Below are positions 29,187-38,599 of a stretch of DNA of 54,942 bases, one piece after another; positions within the stretch are counted from its first letter, which is position 1, and each line of letters starts with the position of its first letter. Source of the stretch: an uncultured Mycoplasmatota bacterium. GTDB taxonomy: Bacteria > Bacillota_I > Bacilli_A > RF39 > UBA660. Both the position numbers and the translations under genes were made by a program. Under the pieces are notes generated by a model, which had not been told where the DNA came from, did not search any database, and was given only the letters and a program-made list of their open reading frames with translations. The stretch is from the NCBI GenBank assembly GCA_947303405.1, contig CAMYYH010000002.1, positions 1 to 54,942 of the forward strand, written 5' to 3'.

Positions 29187-29261
29187 GTCTAAGTATTTCA
29201 AAGGATAGACTATTTCCCTCCGACGGAAATGATAAGGGTTCGATTCCCTTCTTAGACACCA
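29187..29261 (+). tRNA. tRNA-Arg(CCG)-like gene with a defective D-stem and encoded CCA
   Basis: Perfect 7-bp acceptor stem gtctaag/cttagac. Anticodon arm tttcc-CTCCGAC-ggaaa (U33, CCG, A37). T-arm aaggg-ttcgatt-ccctt. Discriminator A plus CCA. Only 2 Watson-Crick pairs are possible in the D-stem. Confidence 0.6.
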
Positions 29262-29264
29262 AAT

Positions 29265-29749
29265 TTATATTGAACTCGGTTTGTCGAGATGTAATATATA
29301 TATTATTTTGTTTAATAGTTCTTTGTGTGTACCACTTGCTACTATTTTTCCTTTATCTACTACAAATATATTGTCGCAATCAATTATGGTAGATAAGCAG
29401 TGAGCAACTATTAGAATAGTGTATTCGCTTCTTAAATTTTCTATAGCTTTTTGAATTTCACTTTGTGTTTCGTTATCTAAAGCACTAGTGGCTTCATCGA
29501 AGAGAATTATTTCTGTTTTCATAAGTAAAGCTCTAGCAATAGCTAATCTTTGTTTTTGTCCGCCTGATAATATAATACCATTTTCGCCGACTATTGAGTC
29601 ATATTTATCCGGTAGTGACATTATAAAATCATCTAGACAAGCTGTTTTACAAGCATCTCTAATTTCTTTCATAGTAGTATAATACCAATTATTCCTTCTA
29701 TTAATGTAACAATTGCGTAGCCAATTAAATATTTTTTGCATTCTTTCAT
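29265..29749 (-). pseudogene. Remnant of an ABC exporter gene (internal deletion plus frameshift)
   Basis: From ATG 29749 the minus strand reads MKECKKYLIGYAIVTLIEGIIGIILL*, an exporter TMD-type N-terminus. A second frame then carries only the C-terminal NBD part (LSGGQKQRLAIARALL, ILFDEATSALD, AHCLSTI). There is no Walker A motif and no TM domain. Confidence 0.7.
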
Positions 29750-29970
29750 ATATATCCGGGCTTTTTAAATATTATTGCGAAAATTATTTTTTTTTTCATC
29801 TCTTCACATCCATTTTCAATTATATCATTAAATACATAATTTTTTATGTATTGTTGGATATTAATATTAACTTTTTTAGACAATATGTACGATAATATTT
29901 AAAATGGGTCTTCTTTTTGAATGCTGTCTAACAGTTGTGTTACAATAATAATTGAAAGAAGGAATTAAAT

Positions 29971-30444
29971 ATGGGACATAATTATTCTAGTAAAATCGGT
30001 GTTTTTTTGATTTTAAAAAGGATAGTAAGAGGAAAAGAGGAAGTCTTACTTCAAAAAAGAGTTAATACTGGTTATATGGATAATATGTATGAGATGGCTT
30101 GTAGTGGACATTTAGAAGAAGGAGAATCGTTGACGCAAGCTGTGGTAAGAGAAGCATTTGAAGAATTAGGGATAGTTATAAAAGAGGTCGATTTAGAATT
30201 GTTGAATGTCTTTCATTCGTATGAAGAGGGATACATCCGTTTTTTCTTTATGCCTAGTAAATATGAAGGGATTCCGGAAATTAAAGAAGAAGAGAAGTGC
30301 TGTGAATTAAAATGGTTTTCTGTAGATGAATTGCCTGAGAATATGTTGATGGGATTAAAAGAAACTATTTTTAATATTAAATGTGGAAATATTTATGATG
30401 ATTGTAGTTTTGCTCGTTATAATGCTAGTAACTTAAAAAGATGA
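29971..30444 (+). CDS. NUDIX hydrolase
   Basis: Nudix box GHLEEGESLTQAVVREAFEELGI. Confidence 0.85.
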   Translation: MGHNYSSKIGVFLILKRIVRGKEEVLLQKRVNTGYMDNMYEMACSGHLEEGESLTQAVVREAFEELGIVIKEVDLELLNVFHSYEEGYIRFFFMPSKYEGIPEIKEEEKCCELKWFSVDELPENMLMGLKETIFNIKCGNIYDDCSFARYNASNLKR

Positions 30445-30530
30445 ATAAGGTACTTGTATGAGTTTTTTTGTTTGATTTTTTTAAAAACCAATAGTAAACT
30501 GAATGTAGGTAGTATAAGGGAGTATTGGTT

Positions 30531-31178
30531 ATGATAAAGTATTTTAAATATATAAAGTATATTTTATTACTTGGTTTGGTTATTATTCTTTTAATATATA
30601 TTAATTGTAGTCATAAAAATGTTACTATAAAAGATATGGATAATTTAATGATTGTAGTTCATAAAGAAGATGGACTTATTTGGGGTGGTAATGAATTATC
30701 TAAGGGTAATTATTTGGTAGTTTGTGTTACTTGTAATGATGGTGATAAAGATTTTATTAAGATTATGAAGAAGATGCATAATAAGTATATGTTGTTAGAT
30801 TATGGGGAAGAGACTGATTTTAGAGAAGAGAAATATATTTTAAAGAGAGATTTAGAAAGAATTATTAATATTAAAGACTGGGATAAAATAATTACTCATA
30901 ATAATGAAGGGGAATATGGTAGTGATGAGCATATTATTATTAATAATTATGTGACTAATATCGTTAGTGATAAGAATAGTTTATATTATTTTAATAGGTA
31001 TTATATAGAAGAAGAGTTTTATGATAATAGTATAGATTATTATAAATTAAGTGATGAAGAAGTAGATAATAAATATAAATATCTGGGTTATTTAGATGAT
31101 TTGGAATATGTATTAGAGTTCAAACATATTATTCCTTTTGAAGAGTTTGTCAAGTGGGGGGATAATAATGAAGAGTAA
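30531..31178 (+). CDS. Membrane-anchored hypothetical protein, possibly a divergent LmbE/PIG-L-like fold
   Basis: N-terminal TM. VVHKEDGLIWGG resembles AHPDDExxGxGG, and EGEYGSDEHIII resembles the HPDH region. The resemblance is loose. Confidence 0.3.
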   Translation: MIKYFKYIKYILLLGLVIILLIYINCSHKNVTIKDMDNLMIVVHKEDGLIWGGNELSKGNYLVVCVTCNDGDKDFIKIMKKMHNKYMLLDYGEETDFREEKYILKRDLERIINIKDWDKIITHNNEGEYGSDEHIIINNYVTNIVSDKNSLYYFNRYYIEEEFYDNSIDYYKLSDEEVDNKYKYLGYLDDLEYVLEFKHIIPFEEFVKWGDNNEE

Positions 31179-32373
31179 AGATTTTAAGTATTTAGTTTTA
31201 AATATATTATTTCTTCTTATTATAGTATTTATATGTATTAATAATAAGTATGTCTTAGGTAATAGTGTTAATTATAATAAAGAGTTAGATATATTAAGAT
31301 TATTAAAAGATAGTTTTTTAGATACTAAGAAGATATTGCCAACGTTTATTAATATAAACGGGGAATACATGAGTATATTTCATCTGGCTAAGTATGGAAT
31401 AGTTAATCCGGTAGTAATATTATCTTATTTTATTAATATAAATCTTAGAACGTATTATAGTGTAGTTAGTTTAATTAGCTTAGGAATTAGTAGTATTTTA
31501 TTATATAAGTTTTTATATAGTAGTAAATATAGTAATGAGAGTATCTTTTTAAGTACTATGTTTATAATAATTAGTGTAGCTATGATAAGTATATTATGTA
31601 ATAGTATTTTAGATATGCTTATATTACCTTATATAATATATGCTTTTATAGCTTCTAAGGAAAGATTAGAAACAGGTAATATATTTAAGTTAGGTATTAG
31701 TGTATTTTTGATAGGCATAGTTAATTATACTTTTTTAATACCGGTTATTATATGTTTAATTGGATATGCTATTTATTTATACTATTTTAATAATAAGATA
31801 GCTTTAACGAAGAAGATAGTATGGTATTTAATATCTTTTATGATACCTATATTATCGGGAGTTTTATTAGCTAGTTTTGTCTTAATACCGGTTCTTAATA
31901 TTAATATGGGTGGTGTAAAAGATATTATTAGTATTAATTATAATATTAATATTATTATGACATTAGGTATTCTATATGGATTATTTAGTAATAAGAAGAA
32001 TAGATATCTTAGTATATTGAGTACTATATTAATAATATTATTTAGTAAGTATTATGTTTGTTATGTTGTCTTACTTAGTTTAGTAGTTAATAATTATATA
32101 GATAATGTATTAGATAAGAAGAATTATAGTAAAATATATATTCTAGGTTTAATAGTTAGTATATTATATTTAATAAAAGGGGATATAACTAATATAATAG
32201 GAATGCTAGTTTTATTGTTAGGCTTATTCTTATATAGAGATAGTAATAAGAAAATATGGTATATGATATTGGTTATGTTTTATATAATTGGTAATTGTAT
32301 ATATGGATGTACTAATATTAAGTATTATAATAAAGACTTAGTATATGATAGTAAACATATTATAGTACTTTAG
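31168..32373 (+). CDS. YfhO-like polytopic membrane protein, N-terminal part (gene split)
   Basis: About 11 TM segments. NGEYMSIFHLAKYGIVNPVVILSYF resembles the YfhO N-terminal region. The ORF ends at a TAG 5 nt before the next ORF, which is in another frame. Confidence 0.5.
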   Translation: MKSKDFKYLVLNILFLLIIVFICINNKYVLGNSVNYNKELDILRLLKDSFLDTKKILPTFININGEYMSIFHLAKYGIVNPVVILSYFININLRTYYSVVSLISLGISSILLYKFLYSSKYSNESIFLSTMFIIISVAMISILCNSILDMLILPYIIYAFIASKERLETGNIFKLGISVFLIGIVNYTFLIPVIICLIGYAIYLYYFNNKIALTKKIVWYLISFMIPILSGVLLASFVLIPVLNINMGGVKDIISINYNINIIMTLGILYGLFSNKKNRYLSILSTILIILFSKYYVCYVVLLSLVVNNYIDNVLDKKNYSKIYILGLIVSILYLIKGDITNIIGMLVLLLGLFLYRDSNKKIWYMILVMFYIIGNCIYGCTNIKYYNKDLVYDSKHIIVL

Positions 32374-32378
32374 ATAAT

Positions 32379-33236
32379 ATGTTTATAGGGAATAAAAAGA
32401 TAGATAGTAGTTTAATTGGATATAGTAAATTAATGGATGATAAAGGAAATGTCTATTATAGAAATGATAATGTATTACCTTTAGGTTATGCGACTAATAA
32501 TATCATCAGTTATGAAGATTATAGTAAGTTAAATGCTTTAGCTAAACAAGAAGTATTACTTAGTAATATAGTTGTGGATAGTAATAGTAGGAATGAGTAT
32601 GTATCATATGTTGAAGAGATAGTTTTAGATAGGGATAATTATATTATTAATGTTAAGGATATAAAGAGTATTAAGTATGAATTGGATGAAAAGTTTATTA
32701 ATAAGATAATATATATAGAGTTTGTAGCTAAGAGTAATAATTGTTCTAGTAGAATTAAGATTAATCATGTGGATAAGTTTATTAGTTGTAAACAAGAGAA
32801 ATATGGTTATACAATTAGTGATAAAGATATAGATCATATAGAAGTAATTCTTAATAAAGGAAAATATAGTATTAAAGATATAAAAGTATACGTATTAGAT
32901 TATGCTAGAATAGAGAATAGTTTATTAGATATAGATAGTTTAGTAACTAATAATAGTAGAGATTATATAGAAGGAAGTCTACTGGTTTCTGGAGATGGAT
33001 ATTTTATTATTAAAGTATTATATGATAAGGGATATAATATCTTAATGGATGGTAAGAGTATAAAATATGAAATGGTAGATAATAAGTATATAGGTTTTCC
33101 TATTAGTAAGGGAAATCATAATATAAAGATTACTAATAATATAAAAGATATTTTTATTAATGGTTTGTTTTCATATTTGGGCTTATTCTTCATGGTAATT
33201 ATTAATTATGTAGAAAAGAAAAGAAGATTTACGTAA
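32379..33236 (+). CDS. YfhO-like protein, C-terminal extracytoplasmic part with a terminal TM (gene split)
   Basis: YRNDNVLPLGYATNN and a C-terminal TM (LFSYLGLFFMVIINYV), as in the C-terminal half of YfhO. Confidence 0.5.
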   Translation: MFIGNKKIDSSLIGYSKLMDDKGNVYYRNDNVLPLGYATNNIISYEDYSKLNALAKQEVLLSNIVVDSNSRNEYVSYVEEIVLDRDNYIINVKDIKSIKYELDEKFINKIIYIEFVAKSNNCSSRIKINHVDKFISCKQEKYGYTISDKDIDHIEVILNKGKYSIKDIKVYVLDYARIENSLLDIDSLVTNNSRDYIEGSLLVSGDGYFIIKVLYDKGYNILMDGKSIKYEMVDNKYIGFPISKGNHNIKITNNIKDIFINGLFSYLGLFFMVIINYVEKKRRFT

Positions 33237-33307
33237 ATATAAGGAATAAAAGGGTGTTTATAAGTGTATAATGTGTAATAATGTTGTTAAGTAAAGAATG
33301 TGATATT

Positions 33308-34132
33308 ATGCAAGCTAAGTGTGTATTTATTGATATAGATGATACTTTAAATGTATCTAATGGTAGTGTAAGTGAATATACTAGGGATGTAATGACAAGG
33401 TTAAAAGATAAAGGTATTATAGTAGTTGCTAATACTGGTAGAAGTGCTAAGTATGCGGTGGAGAAGGCCAAGGAAGCTAATTTATCTAATTATGTAATTA
33501 GTTCTAATGGAGCAGAAGTATACGATTATGAAAACGATATAGTATTATTTCAACAAGTGATACCTGCTGATACCATTAGGGAGGTATATGAATACTGTAA
33601 ACAAACAGAGTTAACGCTAATACTAAATACTATGTTAAAGAGATATACTAATAATAAAGATTATAATTATAATAATGAACCAGTTATTTATGTTGAGGAC
33701 TTAGATGAGATTATTAGTAATAATAAGATTAGTCAATTAGTTATACTATCTAAGAATTACGATAGGATGTTAGTAATACCTAATATGTTTAAGGAAAAGT
33801 TTTCAAATCTAAAAGTAGTTCATTCTTCGGTAGCTATTGTTGAAGAAAGAAGACAAGTTGGTAAAGAGTATTATCATGACTTAGTGGTGGAAAGTACGGC
33901 TAAGAGTACTGGTATAGTAGAGCTACTAGATTATTTAAAGATAAAAAGTAAAGACGCTATTGCTGTTGGTAATGGTTATGATGATGTATGTATGTTTGAT
34001 GTGGTTGGGACTTCAATAGCAGTAGGTAATGCTAATGATACCTTAAAGGAAATTGCTACTTATGTAGCATTAGATGTAAAAGAAGATGGTGCGGCTAAAA
34101 AGTTAGAAGAATTGTTATTAAAAGAAAATTAA
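33308..34132 (+). CDS. Cof-type HAD-IIB family hydrolase
   Basis: CVFIDIDDTL (motif I), TGRS (motif II) and GNGYDDVCMF (motif IV). Confidence 0.85.
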   Translation: MQAKCVFIDIDDTLNVSNGSVSEYTRDVMTRLKDKGIIVVANTGRSAKYAVEKAKEANLSNYVISSNGAEVYDYENDIVLFQQVIPADTIREVYEYCKQTELTLILNTMLKRYTNNKDYNYNNEPVIYVEDLDEIISNNKISQLVILSKNYDRMLVIPNMFKEKFSNLKVVHSSVAIVEERRQVGKEYYHDLVVESTAKSTGIVELLDYLKIKSKDAIAVGNGYDDVCMFDVVGTSIAVGNANDTLKEIATYVALDVKEDGAAKKLEELLLKEN

Positions 34133-34155
34133 CTCTTGGTAGTTAATTTTTTTTT
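34127..34155 (+). terminator. Rho-independent terminator
   Basis: aattaact/agttaatt stem followed by ttttttttt. Confidence 0.6.
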
Positions 34156-34185
34156 AATATGTTAAAATTATGGTAGGTGATGGGA

Positions 34186-34710
34186 ATGAAAAAGAAACAA
34201 AAAGTGGATTGCGTAGTAGGTTTAGCTTATTTGCTTGTGGGAGTGTTGTATCTATTATTTCCCTTATATCATATAAATGATATAAAAATCGTAAATATAG
34301 TTATGTTTAGTATTATGTCTATAATATCTTTAATACAGTTTATTATTAATAAAAATACTAAAGATTATACAGGTTTATTTAATTGCTTAGTAAATGTTGG
34401 CTTTATTTTACTTATGATATTTATTAATATTAAGATAGTGCGTAATTTTAGTTTATGTTTATTAACTTGGGTTACTTTAGAAGCTTTTGTTAAGTTTAAG
34501 AAATGTGATTATTATAACGATAGAAGAGATAGAATGTGGAAGATAAATATAGTTTTGTTAATTATATTTATTGTAAGTGGTATATTAGCTAGTATTAATT
34601 TAAATTATAGTGCTGATGTTAAAATAATAGTGATTGGTTTTACTTTATTTATTAATGGTATATTAGAGTTTATTGATCCGATTGTTAAAACTCTAACTCA
34701 GCATGCATAG
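34186..34710 (+). CDS. Membrane protein (possibly DUF308/HdeD-like)
   Basis: 5-6 TM segments. VVGLAYLLVGVLYLLFP resembles the DUF308 repeat. Confidence 0.4.
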   Translation: MKKKQKVDCVVGLAYLLVGVLYLLFPLYHINDIKIVNIVMFSIMSIISLIQFIINKNTKDYTGLFNCLVNVGFILLMIFINIKIVRNFSLCLLTWVTLEAFVKFKKCDYYNDRRDRMWKINIVLLIIFIVSGILASINLNYSADVKIIVIGFTLFINGILEFIDPIVKTLTQHA

Positions 34711-34721
34711 GTAGTGATTAG

Positions 34722-35585
34722 ATGAAGATAGTAAATGATTTTGATGATTATAGAATACTTGATTTAGGAAATGGAATGAAGTTGGAAAAATGGAATAAGG
34801 TAACTTTATATAGACCAGATCCTCAGGTAATATGGAAAAAAGATGTTGATTTAAGTAAAGTAGATGCTATATATCATAGAAGTAATAAAGGTGGAGGTAA
34901 TTGGGAAATAATTAATAAAAAGATACCTGATAGATGGCAAGTTAAATATCATGATTTAGTATTTAATATTAAGTTAATGGGATTTAAACATACAGGATTG
35001 TTTCCAGAACAGGCTTATAATTGGAATATTATTCAAGATAAAATAAAGAATGCTAATAGAAAAGTAAAAGTATTAAATCTATTTGCTTATACGGGTGCTG
35101 CTTCAGTAGCAGCTTTAGCTGCAGGGGCTGAAGTAGTACATGTAGATTCTTCTAGAGGAATGGTAGATTGGGCAAAAGAAAATGTGGAATGTTCTGGGTT
35201 AAATGATAGACCTATTCGATTCCTTGTTGATGATGTGATTAAGTTTGTTAAAAGGGAAATAAGAAGAGGTAATAAATACGATATTATAATAATGGATCCC
35301 CCTTCTTTTGGAAGAGGTTCTAATGGTGAGGTATGGTCTTTAGAAAATAATCTATACGAATTAGTTGAGTTATGTAGTCAAATATTATCTGATGAACCAA
35401 TTATGTTTCTAATTAATTCTTATACAACGGGTATTTCAAAGACTGTATTAGAAGATGTTTTATATTTAACAATTAATAGTAAGTATAAAGGAATAATATC
35501 AAGTGATGAATTGGGTATAGCCTGTGATAATAGTGAATTAGTATTACCTTGTGGAATATATGCAAGATGGGAGAATGAACAATAG
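34722..35585 (+). CDS. Class I SAM-dependent (rRNA-type, RlmI/RlmK-like) methyltransferase
   Basis: VLNLFAYTGAASVAAL (motif I), VHVDSS and IIIMDPPSFGRG. Confidence 0.8.
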   Translation: MKIVNDFDDYRILDLGNGMKLEKWNKVTLYRPDPQVIWKKDVDLSKVDAIYHRSNKGGGNWEIINKKIPDRWQVKYHDLVFNIKLMGFKHTGLFPEQAYNWNIIQDKIKNANRKVKVLNLFAYTGAASVAALAAGAEVVHVDSSRGMVDWAKENVECSGLNDRPIRFLVDDVIKFVKREIRRGNKYDIIIMDPPSFGRGSNGEVWSLENNLYELVELCSQILSDEPIMFLINSYTTGISKTVLEDVLYLTINSKYKGIISSDELGIACDNSELVLPCGIYARWENEQ

Positions 35586-35601
35586 TTTATTCTCTTTTTT
35601 T
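35571..35601 (+). terminator. Rho-independent terminator
   Basis: gagaatgaac/gtttattctc stem, loop aata, then ttttttt. Confidence 0.7.
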
Positions 35602-35685
35602 AAAGGAAATAAAGGGTAGAGTGCTAATATATATTATAGAGGGATAATGTTAGTGATAGAGAATGTGTTTTAGTAAGGAGTTAAA

Positions 35686-38007
35686 ATTATAGAATTAAAA
35701 CACATATGTAAGGAATATAATAATGAAAAGATATTAAAAGATATTAATATAAGCTTTAGAAAAGAAGAATTAGTATGTATATTAGGCCCTTCTGGTAGTG
35801 GGAAAACTACTCTATTAAATATAATTGGCGGTATAGATAGATATAATACAGGTTTTCTATATATAGACGGAGTAGATACATCTAAGTATAATGAAAAAGA
35901 TTGGGATAATTATAGGAATGAGAAAGTTGGTTTTATTTTTCAAAATTATAATTTGATAGAGCATTTGAATGTGATAGATAATGTCATGATAGCTTTAGCT
36001 ATAAGAGGGTATTCGAAAAGAATAAAAAAACAATTAGCTAAAAGAGCATTAGTTGAAGTTGGTTTAGAAAGTCATATTTATTCAGATGTAAGAACTTTAT
36101 CTGGCGGAGAAAAACAAAGAGTAGCTATGGCTAGAGCTTTAGTGTCTGAGCCAAGTGTTGTTTTATGTGATGAACCAACCGGGGCGTTAGATTCGAAAAC
36201 AAGTATAGAAGTAATGGATATTCTAAAAGATATATCTAAAACTAGGTTAGTAATAATAGTTACTCATAATGAGGAGTTAGCTAGTAAATATAGTAGTCGA
36301 ATTATTAGAATTAAAGATGGGAAGATAGAAAAAGATACAAGACCATATAGTTATAATAGAGAAGTAAAGAAGAGCAAAAAAATAGAAGGTAAAAGGATGC
36401 CTTATAAGACCTGTTTATCTTTATCATTACATAATCTATTATCAAAAAAGAAAAGAACTTTACTTACTTCTATTGCGGCTAGTATAGGAATAATAGGAAT
36501 ATCTTTAATATTAGGATTATCTAATGGAGTTAAGGAATATATTAGTAAAGAAGAAAAGAATACTTTTTCTTATTATCCAATAGAGATAAGTAAAGAAGAG
36601 ATTAATTATAATAATATAGAAGTTTCTAATACTAGTGATATACCATGTAAAAAGGAAACTATATGTAGTAAAGATGACATTAGTAATAGTAATGAGATAA
36701 TAGATACTTTAGCTTTGAAAAAGAATAATTTAGTAAAATTTAAACAATACTTAGATAATAGTAATGAGATAAAGAAGTATGTATATTCCATTAATTATAA
36801 GTATAATTTAGTATTAAATATATATAGTACAAATCATAATAAAGTTAATCCGGTTAATAATACATTTACTTCGGGTATTATAGATAATGGTGATAATAAT
36901 ATCTTTAAAGAGATAGATATATCTAATAAGTATGAATTAATAACAGGAAAGTATCCTGATAAGTATAATGAAATAGTATTAGTGGTAGATAAAGATAATA
37001 AGATTAATATGTCTTTATTATATAATTTAAATATAGAAGATATAAATGAATTGAATAATAAGATCAAATCTAGTAAAAAAGAGATATCCATAGATAATAA
37101 GAGTTATTCATATGGAGATTTGATTAATAGAGAATATAAATTGGTATTAAATACTTCTTATTATGAGAAGAAGAATAATGTTTGGGCAAAAATAACAAAT
37201 ATGAACGAAGTAATAGATAACTCCCTTACTTTAAAAATAGTAGGAATAATTAAGGATAATAGTAATAAATCATATGTAGGATATACTAGGAATTTAACTA
37301 ATTATGTAGTAGAAAAGAATGTAGATAGTGATATATATAAAGAACAAATAAATAATAAGAATATAGATGTATTAACTAATAAAGAGTTTGTTGATATTAC
37401 ATATGAAGAGAGAATTAATAGTTTAGGAGTAATAGGTTATGATAAGCCAATAGCTATTGAAATATATCCGAAGAGTTTTGAATCTAAAGATAAGATAGAA
37501 AAAGTGATAGATAAGTATAATAGTAAACAAAAGGATAAAGATAAAATCAGTTATACCGATTTACTAGGAATATTATTAGAAACTATTACATCTATTGTAA
37601 GTATAATATCTTATATATTGATTGCTTTAGTAGCTATTAGTTTAATAGTATCTAGTATAATGATAGCGATAATTACGCATATAAGTGTTTTAGAACGAAC
37701 TAAAGAAATAGGTATATTAAGAAGTATGGGGGCATCTAAAAAAGATATTACCAGAATATTTTTATCCGAAAAACTTATAGACGGTATATTAGCTAGTATA
37801 ATAGGTATTTGTATAGCAAGATTGTTAATTATACCTACTAATATAGTTATAGAAAGAATAACTAAGATTAATAATTTAGCTTATATGAATTATAAAAGTA
37901 CTTTTTATTTATTAATAATTAGTATTGTTATAACTATAGTATCTGGTCTTAGACCGGCTAAAAAGGCAGCTAAAATACAAATAGTCGAAGCTTTAAGAAA
38001 TCAGTAG
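35686..38007 (+). CDS. MacB/FtsX-type ABC transporter, fused ATPase-permease, apparently initiating at ATT
   Basis: The frame opens after TAG-TAA at 35671-35676. It reads (I)IELKHICKEY...GPSGSGKTTLLN (Walker A) ...FQNYNL...LSGGEKQRVAMARA...LCDEPTGALD, followed by a large loop and a C-terminal FtsX 4-TM domain. There is no in-frame ATG, GTG or TTG before 35953. AAGGAG lies 5 nt before ATT 35686. Confidence 0.75.
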   Translation: MIELKHICKEYNNEKILKDINISFRKEELVCILGPSGSGKTTLLNIIGGIDRYNTGFLYIDGVDTSKYNEKDWDNYRNEKVGFIFQNYNLIEHLNVIDNVMIALAIRGYSKRIKKQLAKRALVEVGLESHIYSDVRTLSGGEKQRVAMARALVSEPSVVLCDEPTGALDSKTSIEVMDILKDISKTRLVIIVTHNEELASKYSSRIIRIKDGKIEKDTRPYSYNREVKKSKKIEGKRMPYKTCLSLSLHNLLSKKKRTLLTSIAASIGIIGISLILGLSNGVKEYISKEEKNTFSYYPIEISKEEINYNNIEVSNTSDIPCKKETICSKDDISNSNEIIDTLALKKNNLVKFKQYLDNSNEIKKYVYSINYKYNLVLNIYSTNHNKVNPVNNTFTSGIIDNGDNNIFKEIDISNKYELITGKYPDKYNEIVLVVDKDNKINMSLLYNLNIEDINELNNKIKSSKKEISIDNKSYSYGDLINREYKLVLNTSYYEKKNNVWAKITNMNEVIDNSLTLKIVGIIKDNSNKSYVGYTRNLTNYVVEKNVDSDIYKEQINNKNIDVLTNKEFVDITYEERINSLGVIGYDKPIAIEIYPKSFESKDKIEKVIDKYNSKQKDKDKISYTDLLGILLETITSIVSIISYILIALVAISLIVSSIMIAIITHISVLERTKEIGILRSMGASKKDITRIFLSEKLIDGILASIIGICIARLLIIPTNIVIERITKINNLAYMNYKSTFYLLIISIVITIVSGLRPAKKAAKIQIVEALRNQ

Positions 38008-38051
38008 TTGTATGCTTATTGATTGATGATATAATAATTGAGGTAATTATT

Positions 38052-38564
38052 ATGGAAGAAAAAATGAGAAATAAATTAAAAATAGGATTTATGATTTCAC
38101 GATGGGGTGTTGATTTTCTTTGGTCAGCCTTATTATTTGTAATTTGTTGGGTAATAACGGCAATTATTCATATAGATGGCAATATAGATTTTTTGGGAAT
38201 AACGGCTATGGCGTGTGCAATTTTAGGAATGATTTTTTTTGCGGTAGGAAGAACTATCGTTGGTTTACAATCAAGGGAACTTAACTTTTTATCTGATAGA
38301 CCTCGAACCGAAGAGGAAGAATGGTTTGTACAAGAAATGCTTGGAATAGAGGGATTTTCTTCAAGAGGTGAGAGCTTTATGAATCAGGTTGCCCTAGCAA
38401 CCCCTGGTAAAGCGGATGATATTTTAGCTGTTACTAGTTCAACAGGTATTATTAGTCACTATTTTGCTGTAGGAAAAGTATATATGGGAAAGAACTTTTT
38501 TCTAAATAGACTGGTTAGTATATTAGCTGTAATTATAATAATGGCTATACTTATTTTAGCTTAA
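38052..38564 (+). CDS. Membrane protein, function unknown
   Basis: 3 TM segments. ATG 38052 follows tgaggt. Confidence 0.55.
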   Translation: MEEKMRNKLKIGFMISRWGVDFLWSALLFVICWVITAIIHIDGNIDFLGITAMACAILGMIFFAVGRTIVGLQSRELNFLSDRPRTEEEEWFVQEMLGIEGFSSRGESFMNQVALATPGKADDILAVTSSTGIISHYFAVGKVYMGKNFFLNRLVSILAVIIIMAILILA

Positions 38565-38593
38565 TTGACTTAGGTCTTAATATGTGCTATAGT
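38565..38593 (+). promoter_or_regulatory. Sigma-A promoter of the proS leader
   Basis: TTGACT, 17-nt spacer, TATAGT. Confidence 0.6.
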
Positions 38594-38599
38594 ATGAGC

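Noticed and set aside
29488-29895. Plus-strand ORFs 29488-29682 and 29713-29895 in the region downstream of the tRNA.
   Set aside because: The first is antisense to the ABC remnant's conserved NBD motifs. The second is a low-complexity F/I/Y peptide in promoter-like AT-rich DNA with no SD.
29262-34200. A genomic island integrated at the 3' end of tRNA-Arg.
   Set aside because: I found no integrase or recombinase gene and no direct repeat of the tRNA 3' end downstream by eye. The gene content (NUDIX, HAD, YfhO-like) is not mobile-element-like. Only the adjacent ABC remnant hints at past recombination.
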